A stretch of 64,000 nt of DNA from Antechinus flavipes (taxonomy: Eukaryota): positions 641,824,001-641,888,000 of the forward strand of contig NC_067399.1 of the NCBI RefSeq assembly GCF_016432865.1, written 5' to 3'. Below are positions 38,436 through 50,700 of this stretch, one piece after another. How positions within the stretch are numbered: the first letter of the stretch is position 1; each line of letters starts with the position of its first letter. The notes beneath the pieces were generated by a model that ran no database searches, was not told the origin of the DNA, and worked only from the letters and a program-made list of their open reading frames with translations. Both the position numbers and the translations under genes were made by a program.

Positions 38436-38899
38436 CTGGGGAAGAGAAGAAAGATCAAGGGTGAGCAGAACAAATGGAGTCCTTTGCTCTACTGAGCACC
38501 TGGCAGTGTACAGTTGTCTTTCATCTTAGATCAAGAAGTGAGTAGCAAGCCTAACCCCTCTCATGTAGCATAGGTCCATGTTTTCTATAAGAATAATAGA
38601 TGAGGAAAGGGAAATCCACTGACACACAGTTTTGGGAAACCAAGACAGAGGACGTGAATATGAGCCCCAACTCACCTACTGACTAGTGCTATTTTGTTAA
38701 AGTACATCTATTTCTTCAGCTTTAAAAAAGACACAACAATCCTCCTTTTCTACTTGCCTCCTATATGTAAGTGGAAATGATCACTGTAATTTTTACTACA
38801 TGAATAGGCTGAGCATTGTAAAACAATAAGTATGGTACTGAGGGGCTCTCCTGCAACGAGCTCATGAAAAAGTCCATGAAGTCAGTATGACACCCACAC

Positions 38900-40080
38900 C
38901 ATCTCTGCTCGTATGATCATCATCTTGGTCTTTGCTCTTATTACCTGTTTCTCATACTCTTGCAACCAATTTTCAACTGGTTTACCTGTTTATAGCCTTT
39001 CCCTTGTCCTAGCCATTCTATACATAATTGCCAGAATGATATTCCTAAACCATATGTCTGACTCTGTCATACTTTTGTTTAAGAATCTTCTGTGGGGATT
39101 GGGTCAACCACTTCTGGAAAGCAATGTAACATTGGTCAAAGAAAACAACTTAAATGTCTGGACATTGTGAACCCAGAGATTCCTCAGGGGCATATGTCTT
39201 AAGATGGCCATAGCCCCCAAAAGTTCCATAAACAGCATATATTTCTAACAGTACTCTTTGTGGCTACAAAGAATTGGAAATAAAGTAGATGTCCACTGAC
39301 TGTAGAATACCTACACAAATTGTAGCACATGAATATAAAGGACTATCAACACTTCTAAGAGTAACATGGGAAAACTTATGTGAACTAATGCAAATTGAAA
39401 TAAGCAAAGCTGGGAAACAATATACAAACGAGCTACAACAATGTACATGAAAAATAGCGATCATACATAAAGCACTAAAACTGAAAGCAATGAAATTATA
39501 AAGATCCCAAAGGAAAAAATTTGAGAAGATACCACATCTTGACCCCTGCTCCATCCCTTGCAAATGTTGGAGCCTGTGAGTATGGAATGTTTCCTATAAT
39601 ATTAGACTTTTTGATCTATCTTTGATTAGTTTTGCTCATTTTTTCCTCTTTTTTAGATTCTTTGTTATAAGAGATGACTCTTTTGGAGAAGGAAAGAGAG
39701 ATACAAAGATAAATCTCAGGGAGGAAAAGTAGAAGATATCAATAAAAATCTATTTAAAAAATCTCTAGTGGCTCCTTATTATAAGCCTCTAGAATAAAAC
39801 AAACATCTTGACCTGATATTTAAAGTCCTTTACAAAGTGACTTCTGCCTCCTGTTCCAGGTCAGTAACAGACATTTTTTTCAGCTACTCTGTGCTCCAGT
39901 CAAATTGGACTAGCTTCTGTTCCTCAGACTTGGTGAGTCATCTCCTGTTCTGGATCCTTTGTAAAGCTGTTATCCTCACCTAGAATTCACTCTCTCTTTA
40001 CCTCTATCTTTGAGCATCTCTAGCTGTGTCCAAGATTCAGCTTTACAAGAGATATCCTATGGGAAGCCTTTCCTTATTCC
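38900..40080 (+). mobile_element. L2 fragment split by an old L1 (39170-39760)
   Basis: L2 motifs ctagccattctatacataattgccagaatgatattcc (left) and aatctctagtggctccttattataagc (right). Confidence 0.7.
39170..39760 (+). mobile_element. Old L1 3' fragment interrupting an L2
   Basis: Degenerate ORF2-end motif gctacaaagaattggaaataaagtagatgtcca. L2 sequence continues on both sides. Confidence 0.7.
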
Positions 40081-41586
40081 CTTAAATTGAAACAAGAGAC
40101 TTGAGAGATCTCTAGTCCATTCCAAGAAGTTTCCTAATGTATCCAGAAAGATTACAGAACTCCACAAAGCAGACAGCCTTTACCACAGAATTATGAGTTC
40201 TAAAGAGATTGTGGTCACTTCTCAGTATTTTGGGAAGTCTCATAGGATTGGGAGAGAGGATTAGACCATAATCTTCAGAAGTCTTTAAGGAGGTCATATC
40301 CATTTGTGTTTGATGGATAAAGAATGACTGTACCATTGATTCCTTCATCCTTTTATTTGTATTACTTTATTTATTAAGTTCTTTTACTATTAGATTGGGG
40401 CCTCTTAACGTTAGTCTTATTATGGGTGTTTTTATTGATGGAGGCTCTGGTTATTTTTTACATAATTGATCACTCAATCAATAGCTACATTGAACCTGAG
40501 AAAAGAAGCAAAGGACTCCAGAATCAGGGATATCAGAATTTTCAGGGGCCTACTTGTTGCCTAAGTCATCATTTATGGTACTTGGCTCTTAGCCCCTTCA
40601 CCTACTACCATACTTATTTATTTCAGTATCCACACCTTTGAAATTACTTGTACTTAAGAGTTCTTTGAATTTCCCAGCTTCTTTCATGAGTACCTTAGCT
40701 CCTAATATTGTGCTTTGCACATAAGAAGTGCTTTAAAATGTTTTGTGAATTGAAAGGACCAAATGTGGGAAACACACCATCAAAAGACAGGACATAGATT
40801 CAAGGTTAGAAGGGAATTCAAAGATTGCCCAGCCCAAGTTTCTCAATGAGAACTAGAAAAGCTGAATAACCCAGCCAATGTCACACAGGTTCTAAGTAGC
40901 AGAAGATTCTAGCCCAGGTTTTCTTGACTTCAATACTAGGTCTCTATTCCTCAGCACTGTGCTGCAAAATCTATTCAGCCTATTAATACAATAGTCATTC
41001 CTATTTGTAGAGCACACTGCAAATTTCCAAAGCATTCTCATATCCATTATATAATTTTACTCTCACACTGATTATATGAAATAGGTAAGATAGCCACTAT
41101 CACCCCCATCATATAGATGCCTAAATTGAACTCCTGAGAGAGAAAATATTACAGCTAAGAGAATATAATAAATCAGTGGTAGAGCTGGGATTAAAATTCC
41201 ATTGTTCTTATTGCCATTATTTCTATTACTACATTATTATCTTTGCTTCCTATGAGATGATTATTTCTCTAAGAAAGATTCTCTCAGGAGCTTAACTCCC
41301 ACTTTCCCTGATCTGAATGGGAGTTTTCTGAGCAAAGAATTGAAGTCCTGATTAAGTAAAACCGTCCATGGACAATCATCACATGTTGCTTAGCCATCTC
41401 CAGATAAAACTGTAACAAATGGTTTGTCTTATATGCACCCATGTAGTGGCTATCTTTCTTTCTCCCTTTCCCCGTAATCTCTGGAGTCTTCTCCCTTCCA
41501 AGCTCCCCAAGCTTTTTTCTCTCTATTAAGCTCTGAGATTAATTATGGTTCTTCAATGAGATTCCTTCCTTGGAATTCCTTTCCAG

Positions 41587-41841
41587 AGTTATTTTTACCT
41601 TCTGAATCCAATTCTCCCTGTGCAACAAGAGAACTGTTCGGTTCTGCAAACATATGTTGTATCTAGGATATACTGCAACTTATTTAACATATATAGGACT
41701 GCTTGCCATCTAGGGGAGGGGATGGAGGCAGGGAGGGGAAAAGTCAGAACAGAAGTGAGTGCAAGGGATAATATTGTAAAAAAATTACCCTGGCATGGGT
41801 TCTGTCAATAAAAAGTTATTATAAAATAAAATTTAAAAAAA
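41587..41841 (+). mobile_element. Young L1 3' UTR tip with near-perfect TSD
   Basis: ggaattcctttccag (41572-41586) versus ggaattccttcccag (41842-41856); aataaa plus A-rich tail. Confidence 0.85.
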
Positions 41842-42113
41842 GGAATTCCTTCCCAGGGTCATAAAACTTCCAAGCTTGAGCCTTCTGTATGGAATTAAAG
41901 GTTTGTTACTTTATGAAGGGATCTCAAAGTATCATTCATAAGCCAAGGGGATCTTTTTTTTTTTTTTTTAAGGATTCTTAAGTTTTTTGCAATTATACCC
42001 ATGCAGGCAATTGCCTATTTCACCTATGGATAAAAGCAAGACTGCTATCAGAAACAGAAAAAGGAGAAAGACATTATGGCCTCTCACTCTCTCATTTCAA
42101 CATTCTCTACTTA

Positions 42114-42257
<144 letters not shown>

Positions 42258-42924
42258 TCAGGGAACAACTCTCTCATACCAAAGGTTCAACTTCCTCAAC
42301 TCAACAGTTTTGGCCATCCTCAGCTTAAACATGCTCTCTCTCCACCCTCAACTCCCTAATGTGCACCTTCTGCTCCAGTGAGGTTTCCTGCCTGCCAAAA
42401 TGTGCCAGACTCATTCTTACCTTTGTTCTTCAGTCCCAGAATGCTCCTTCCCCCACCTCTCTACCTTCAAGACCCAAATCAAGACTGATTTCTTCTAGGG
42501 AGTCTTTCCAGATCAATATAGTTTGGACTGATCTTTCCTCTTTCTGGCCTTTTACCATCTCAGTTGTGAATTGCATTATATTGTGAAGGCAGATGTGATA
42601 AATAGCAAAAAGAATCCTGGGTTGGAGGTCAGAAATCTAAGATTCCATACTGGCTGGGTGAACCAATTCCCCTCACTTCTGGGGCTTCATTTTCGCTCCT
42701 TGCAAAATGGTGAAGATAATGCTTGATACAGGCTTGCTGTGTGTCTGTCTAGTGGTACATGTAAGGGCCCCTTTTTAAACTAGGAAGCACTAAACACATT
42801 CACGACTTTTGTTGTGAAAATACTACAGAACTACTTTACATTGCTTTAAAGGAACACTCTCTTCCCAAATGCCCAGCAAGTTTAAGTACTGTGTTTATTA
42901 GCATACATTTTTCTCATTGTTCAA

Positions 42925-43145
42925 GTAGATAGAGCAACTGGACTTGAGAATAAGGAAGACCTGAGTTCAAATCTTACTTCAAATATTTATTAGAGGTTTG
43001 ACTCTGGACAAGGATTCAGTTTCCTTATCTGTAAAATGGGGGTGATAATAGCACCTCCTCCTTCAGTTGATGTGAGAATTAAAAGAGACAATATGTGAAA
43101 TGCTTTGTAAATCTTAAAGCATATGATATAAATGCCAGCTATAAA
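42925..43145 (+). mobile_element. MIR-type SINE (one of many; others near 6330, 7600, 16840, 19950, 23430, 29290, 35500, 44080, 44390, 53410, 54470, 58200)
   Basis: CORE motif cagtttccttatctgtaaaatgggggtgataatagcacctcc. Confidence 0.75.
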
Positions 43146-45559
43146 TATTATTACTTACAGATGAGGGAACTCAACCTCATGAAAGTTTCCTCTTTTGGAA
43201 TGGGCTTCTTCATATGGCTCTAGTAAAGAAACTTACAGGGTGGTCCTCTCTTGGCAAAACTGTCAAGTCTCAGAGGTTCATTTGTGGTCTTCTTCCACCT
43301 CATTCAATTCTCAGCCTGAGCCCTAGTCTTCTGGCTTATGCTTTCAAAGTCTCTCCCTTAGCTGGTAGTTAACTAATTTTCAGGAAGATTTAAACTGAGG
43401 AACATTAAGGAGTTCTCCCTTCTGGGGCTATTTGAATGGCATCAAGGAACTCAAGAATGAAAAGCCTTTAAAGACTCAAAAAAAGACTCCATAATAGTGG
43501 AATTTCATGCATCATATGGGGAGAAAAGTGTGTGAGAGAGGCCTTTCCCAGCACTGCTCCACTCAAAGCACCACCATTGCTTATGGGTAAAGTCAGCTGA
43601 GGAGCCAGACAAAGAGGTTGTGTTCCCTGCTGAGATGGACCTGGACGACCATGTGACTAGGCAGGTGTAGGTCCTTTATTACTCACAGGAGGAGGCAGAA
43701 ATGGTCTCTGAACTGGTGAGGACTCCGAGCTGAGCTTCTGGGGGAAGGTGCCAAAGGCAGGGGATGGTAATTCACACCTATCCTGGGACTAGTGTGCTGT
43801 GAATTGGATACCTGCCCCCACTCAGATCCTTAGGATTAGCAGGCGCAATTTCTCTGGTTGGCTCACTCCCTAATGAGGCTGCTCCTGTAATCACCTGCTT
43901 CTGGAAGAAAAGCCTTCCATAGAAGCAACTTCTCTGAACTGAGGGCCAGGTGGGAAGAGTCGGGTAGGATGTGGCTTGTTTCTTCCAGCTTGGGGAAAAA
44001 ATCAGGATGGATGGATGGGATCAAATGGTGAGGGTCCTTGGGACATATTCCTATACATCCTTCATAGGCTCCAAAGTTGGAAGGGACCTCGGAGACTAAC
44101 TCAAATCCCTCATGTTACAGATGAGGAAACTGAGGCTCAGAGAAATGAAGTGACTTGCCTAAGGTCAAACTGCTAGCAAGCATCTGAAGCTGAATTTAAA
44201 ATAAGATCTTCCTGGTTTTAAGCCTGGCAGTCTATCTACTAAGCAACCTCACTGCCCAGAGGACAGTCTAGCAGGAAAAATAAAACATGGATATGAATCA
44301 CTTCCTTGCCAATCAGAATATGATAGCTGCCATGAGAGATGTAAGTAAAGAGCTATGGGGCTTCTGATCACATTTGTCTCAGAGAGACAGGTTGCCATAA
44401 TGAATACAACATGGGATTTGGAATTATGAAAACTTGGGCTTGCCTTCTATTTTAGAGATTTATTAGCTCTGTGACCTTGGACAAATTGCTCAACATAGCT
44501 AAGTGCCTCAGTTTCCTCCTCTGTAAAATGCAGGCAATATTAACATCCCCCTCACAGGCTGTTCTGAGGATCAAATGAGATGATGTATATTTATATAAAG
44601 GTGAGCTATACTTATTAGGGGTTAGGAAGGCTTCAAGAAGGAAGTGGCAATTGAGAAGGGCACTGAAGGATGGATACATGAAGGAGGGCATTGCAGTTGG
44701 AGGGAACAGCACAAGCAACAACAATACAATGGGCAAAGCTGGTAGGTAGGACACAGGGAGGGCAAGCGCATCCTGCCTAACTGGTTTCAAGCAAACAGGG
44801 TGTTCAGTGACACAATGTTGCAGCCAGTTTGCTTGGCTAATCACCGGCAAACTGATTTGTATCTTGGGGACTGTCATCTTCCTAGTTCCATGATGTTACT
44901 ATGAAGTTTGATTACAATGTTTAAATGAGTGCTGGTGTTTGAAACAATATTATATGGGAGATATGCTGATTATATGGATAGGGGAGGAAATAATACTGAA
45001 AAGACAGTTTAGGACTACAGTTTGAGGGATTTGAATGGCTTGAGCAAGTCCTAAGGATTGTTGATGAATATGGAATGGGAAAATTACTGTGGGTCAGTTA
45101 CTGGGGGAAATGGACTTTTTCCCTGGGGCAAAAGGGAGCCAAGGGACACTGTAGAGTAGAAGAGCCCTACAATGAGATATTCTCAAGTCTTCTTTAGGCA
45201 CTGCCCTTTCAGAAGGACCAAAATGGAAAAAGAGGCATGGAAAGTGCCATGAGGAGACACATAGATAACAGCTATTTCTCCAGGAAACCTCCTGACACTG
45301 AGTGAAGGGGCACTGAAAGCTTTCCCTAACTCTCGAATTGCCTCAGTTTCCCAAAGTGATTATGTTCCCATCAGTTATGCCTTGATCTAAGCACAAACCC
45401 CTCCCCTCCTTAATGCCCCAAGGAGTGTAGAATTCCCATTCTCATTTTTGTCCACAATGTTTGACTGCTTGGGTATCATTTAGTAGGTCTGAGCCTCAGC
45501 AAAAAGCAGCTATTTTTCTCTGTGTCCCCCTTTTTTTTGGGGGGGGGCTCTTTCCACTT

Positions 45560-45980
45560 CACTTCATTTCCTCTCTACATACCTTGGCACTGGCTAATGC
45601 CATCCCTGGAAAATCAATCCTTCCTTACCTCTAATTCTTTTCTCCTTCTCTAATCTGCAGCCCAGACACAATCTTCTGTGTGATCAGGTTTTTCCTGATC
45701 TCCCCAATGATTAGTGCTTTCCCTTCCAAACTACTTTGTATTCCTGTTTGTACTATATATTGTGTATGTAGAGTAGGTGTAATATTTTGTATTATACACA
45801 AATAATTGTATTTACAAATTTTTTATGCTGTATGTATTTTTTCATATAGTCACCTTTCCTATTAGAATGACACCTTTTTTAAAAATAAAGAATATTTAAT
45901 TCTTTATGTTTGTATTTCCAAATTTCCAGCATGGTTCCTGGCACATAGTAGGTGCTTAATATAGAATTGTTAACTGATTC
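45560..45980 (+). mobile_element. L2 3' end
   Basis: ccagcatggttcctggcacatagtaggtgcttaat. Confidence 0.75.
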
Positions 45981-48476
45981 CTCCTTCAAGAGCTCTCATA
46001 TTGCCTCTCCTCCTTTGGAAAAAAAAGAAAACTCCCTGTGGTAAGAAGAACATATGAGTTCCCTCTTTTAGTGAGAGGGTTGCTGTATCATCGAAAAGCC
46101 TTTGGAAGGTATATTAAGGACCATGGCAGGCTAGTGGGGAATTTGAACATGTTGACAATTTTTTCCAGTATTCCTTAAGACACTGGTAAGATAGAAACAC
46201 AATAGAAAAAAAATCAATCAAATAACAAGTAGGGCACAGGCATCTGGAAATATTAGTCACCTTTAACCTCTAGTTACTTGATGAAGAGAGATATTCGCTC
46301 CAAGAGAAAAAGAAGAAAAAGATGGCAGGAGTGGGGGTGATGGTCATTGATTCTTTAAGAATCTGAAACTAGACAACTTCTGCCTCAGAGCTCAAATCAA
46401 TTCTAGCCTGACAGCTTTGATGTAGAAAGAGAAAGGGTGTGTGTGTTTGGGAGGGAGGAAAGTGTTCCTCAGAGGCACACATCAGGGTGTTGATTGGGAC
46501 AATTCTTTCTCTGCTGTAAAGAAATCAGTGGGGATAATGTAGCAGGAGCTTAAGATGGAAAAGAGATGAGAATGGGGGGAGAGGAGGAAAGGAGACAGGG
46601 ATGAGAAAGAGAACTAGAATAGAAGAGAGAGTGAGACCAAGGATTGGAGAAAGCATAAGGATGAGAAAGGAAACAAGGAAAAGAGTTATGGGAGAGGTAA
46701 GAAAGATGAGAGAAAGGACAGTAATGAGAGAGGGACTACTGATGAAAGAGAATGAAAGGATGGGAAGGTGATAGGGATTGGAGAGGGAACAGGAAAGGAG
46801 GAGAATATGGAAGGGAGAAGAGACAAAGATGAGGGAGGAAAACTGATGTGAAAAAGAAGAGAGACAGGGATGAAAGAAGGAATGTGGATGAAAGGAGAGA
46901 AAGGAATGAGGGAGAAAATAGAGATGAGAGAGGAAATTGAGAGGGGTTGTATCTAAAAGGATCTAGAGGAAACTGGAACTCAAGGTGTTAAATGATTTAT
47001 CCAAGTCCAGAGTCACTTATTCCCAATTATTTTGATAGACTCTCATACAAGGAATCATAAAACTCAAGTGTTTAAATAATAATTAGCATGTTTTCAAGTC
47101 TTTTCTTTGAAATTTTGTAGTTATTGGGGTTGAGTTTTAATATGGTATTCACCTACAGTATGTATTAACAATTTTAATAGGAAGTGAAATATTCTACAAA
47201 CAATGTATATATTATACCTGATTATAAAAAAAAATAAGAGTACACAAAAATATTTTATTGCTCTGGGAACTAGAATGGAAAGTACATCAGAACGTGAAAT
47301 TGTTCTTAAAGTTTTGTTATTAACTGATGATTATAAAACTGAAAAGCTAAATTTATTGTATTTGAATGAATGTATTTAGTCTGGTCTTAAGTTTCTTTGA
47401 TTTAAATGTCTAAATTATGTCTCCTTTTAAATAAACAAATGAATGGATGACTTATCCAAGATCATTCAAGTAGTAAGTGGCAAAGTTGGGATTAAAATGC
47501 ATGTCCTTTAACTAAAACTTCAGAACTCTCCAGTACTCCACAACATGGACCAGAGGGGACAGGAGCAAAAGAAGGAGTCACCGAATGCGGATGAGAGAAG
47601 TAATGGTATGGAAGAGAAAAGACAGGTGAGAAAAGAGGGATAGGAGAGAATATATCCAGATTCTTTGCTCACTTTCAACCTCCATCTCAGCCCAGACCAA
47701 GAGAGGCAAGTATGGCTGATAGAGACATTAAGATAGGGAGAATAAAGCTGCCTCTTGAAAAGGAATAAAGCATTGCAGGTCTCAATAGGAATGGAGTTGG
47801 CAAACGGAGGAGAGTAGAGGCAGTCCTAAGATGTTTCCTTGGGAATTTTCCATTGAAGAGGTGTGTGCTTTCTGCCTTCCTGAAGAGCACTATAATAAAG
47901 TGTCATGGTAATAGGAGGACTTCCCAGGAACTATGGTGGACAAGAAGGGGACAGACCTGTTTTTTTTTTCCCAAAGATCCAGGAAGATACTGATATTTGG
48001 GATTCTTGGAACAACACAGAAAGAAAGAACCTGTGACCACCACTGGGGGTTAGGAGCAAAACCATTTGTCATCTGCTAATTTCTATGAATGTGCATATTG
48101 TGAGTCAATTCGGATTCTTCTTGTTAGATTAGCTTTTTTTCCCTTTAAATCAAGTTATTATTTTTTTTCTTCCTCAGTTTCTTCCCCTTCCTATCTTCCT
48201 CTTTTGTCTTTTAGGACTATTATTTTTTCCCCAAGCGGTCCCTTTGAAGAGATTGTTGAACACTGATCACACTGAAAGATCCCTAATCATCTCCCTTGTA
48301 CACAATAGTACCTTATTTTCCTTCACCTCAAAGAAGATATTTCCCACTCCTTCCTCTCCCTATAACTGTAGTCACCACCCTCCTCTCCTACCTGCGGATA
48401 GTGGTTCACTAGCTTTCTCTATTTTGTTACTACTCATCCCAAGACAAGGTTCCCGTCAGACCTCTTCATGCCTTAC

Positions 48477-48572
48477 CTCTAAGGCTGTGTGAGTGCATCC
48501 AATGTATCGGGGCATGAAACTGCTCTCCCGAGTAACTGAAGCATACAATTTGGCTAAACCACTCCTGTGAGC
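48477..48572 (-). CDS. CCDC33: CCDC33 coding exon c (phase 0 to 0): AHRSGLAKLYASVTRESSFMPRYIGCTHTALE
   Basis: Acceptor cttccattgctcctcag|GCT and donor GAG|gtaagg. Matches recalled human [24 protein letters not shown]. Confidence 0.93.
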
Positions 48573-49396
48573 CTGAGGAGCAATGGAAGAGATGGTGACA
48601 AAGATGGAGAGACAGAGGAGATAAAACACAAAGTTAAGCAGCAGGTCCAGCCATAAATCAAGGCCCCACATGTGGCCAAATGTTGGCCGCAGCCCCACTG
48701 TGTCTCTAAATGACCACCAGAGCAGAAGCCGGTAATTAAAGCCCAGTGTCCCTTGGAACCTTCATGGAAAGATCAATATTATAATAAATCTTTGGCTTTT
48801 CCATTTGAATATTTCACCATCCTCACAAAGGCCGTGGCTTACTCGCTCCCTTTGTAAAGACAGGGATAACTGGGCTAGAACACGTCAGAAGGTACAATGA
48901 TATAATGGATGAACATACATCGCAGCCAACCGCAAAGCCTTATTGTCATTTGAGAGATAATAATAACTCAAATGTGTAATGCTTCACTGTTAAAAAGCAC
49001 TTTACTATATCATTTGACCTTCATGACAACCCTGTGAGGAGGGCAGCAGGTATTGTTAGCCTCATTTTTCAGACCAGGAAACTGAATCCCAGAAAGGTTA
49101 AATCATATGCTGAAGATCATACAGCCTGTAGGTGGTAGAACCAGGATTTGTCTCCAAATCTGATTCCAGATAGATGGAGAGGTGGAAGACCTGGATTCTA
49201 ATCCTAAAACTACCAATAGAATAAAGACTATTTTTTGACTTCTCTGGGACTGTTTCCCTCCTATCACACCAGGGAAGTGCTACTGGGTCACTCAAAGAAT
49301 TAATCGTGAACAATGAATGAGATTCTACTCCCCCATAAAGGCCTTATACCTGGGAGTTTCCCCCTCATCTCCACTCCCCCCTCCCCCCCGCCCCGG

Positions 49397-49397
<1 letters not shown>

Positions 49398-49440
<43 letters not shown>
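49398..49440. repeat. (CA)n microsatellite
   Basis: Read directly. Confidence 0.98.
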
Positions 49441-49443
<3 letters not shown>

Positions 49444-49459
49444 CAAGGGAAAACAGGTT

Positions 49460-49960
49460 CACTCACATTACTGGTAGATCTGTGAACTGGCCCAAACTCT
49501 GGAAAGCAATTTGGAATTGGGTCCCCAAAGTTATTGAACTGTGTGCACATTGACCCAGCTATACCACTACTAGTCCAATAATCCAAAGAAATCAAAAGGG
49601 GAAAAAGGACTCACATATGTAAAAATATCTATAGCAGTTCTTCTCGTGGTAGCCAAAAAAATGGAAACTAAGGGAGGTGTCCTCCTGTTGGAGAATGACT
49701 TAACAAATTGCTGAATGAGAATGTAACGGAATATCACTGGGCCATAAGGAATAACCAAAGGACAGTTTCAGAGGAAACAGAGAAGACCCCTATAAACTGA
49801 TAAAGAGTCAGAGAGAAAGTGAACTTAAAATGCAGAAGATGACATATATTTTCAGACACAGCTAATCTGATTTTCTTGACTATTCATGTATGTGTTGAGG
49901 GATTTATTTTTGTGGAAGGCTATTCTCAGTTGGAGAGAGGGATAGATAATGGATAGGAGA
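49460..49960 (+). mobile_element. Old L1 3' fragment
   Basis: Track ORF reads ...NWPKLWKAIWNWVPKVIELC, a degenerate L1 ORF2 C-terminus. Confidence 0.7.
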
Positions 49961-50251
49961 GACTAATAGAAACAAAGGAAAAAAGGTTTTTGAGGGTCCC
50001 AAATGCCAACAAAAATAAATCCTTGTCCCAGAAATGTTTGTTTGGCCCATCTACTTCCAGAACAAGTCATCCCCACTCCCCCAGTCCTAAGCTTGAGTAC
50101 TTTTCTAAATCACAGATTGGGAACAGAGCCATTATGGATTCCCCCGAGTTTGCCCTTATGGAAAGAGGCAGTGGAATAGCCCAGCCCTAGTCCCCTGCCA
50201 GGCCAAAGCAGAGCTGTCCCCAAAGCTGGATCTCTGGCCCAGTACACTCAC

Positions 50252-50361
50252 CATCATCAGCTCAAAATGGTAGGTGTGGAAAGGGCGAAGGTACTTAATG
50301 GGTATCCGGTAGGAAACTAGCATTTCTTTGGTTCTGCTGTCAAGCACATTCAGGATTGCCT
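50252..50361 (-). CDS. CCDC33: CCDC33 coding exon b (phase 1 to 0): (E)AILNVLDSRTKEMLVSYRIPIKYLRPFHTYHFELMM
   Basis: Acceptor ctctcccttccag|AG and donor ATG|gtgagt. Lies within track ORF 50156..50347. Confidence 0.95.
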
Positions 50362-50404
50362 CTGGAAGGGAGAGCAGAGGGACAGCTCAGGTTGGCTTCA
50401 CTCT

Positions 50405-50700
50405 ATGAAAGGGAGAGAACAGAGGGAGATAGGACCAAAGGAGAATAGGAGAGGGAGTGAAAGAGAATGAGAGAGGAGGAAAGGAGATGGCTTGAAAGAA
50501 GAGGTGAAACAGGGAGAGAAAGGGAGAGAGTGATAGAGGTAGGATAGAGAAGGAGGAAAGGGGGACAGAGAGAATAAAAGAGGGTGAGAAAGAGAATCAA
50601 AGGAGAACAGAGGAAGAGGAAGTTGGGAGGAAAGAAAATGAAGAGAAGAGTGGGGTTGTTAGGGAAAGGAGAGAGAGTGAGAGAAGGAAAGAGAGAAGGA
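50405..50700. repeat. Purine-rich (GA) low-complexity tract; others at about 46550-46950, 51520-51830 and 57770-57935
   Basis: Read directly. Confidence 0.9.
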
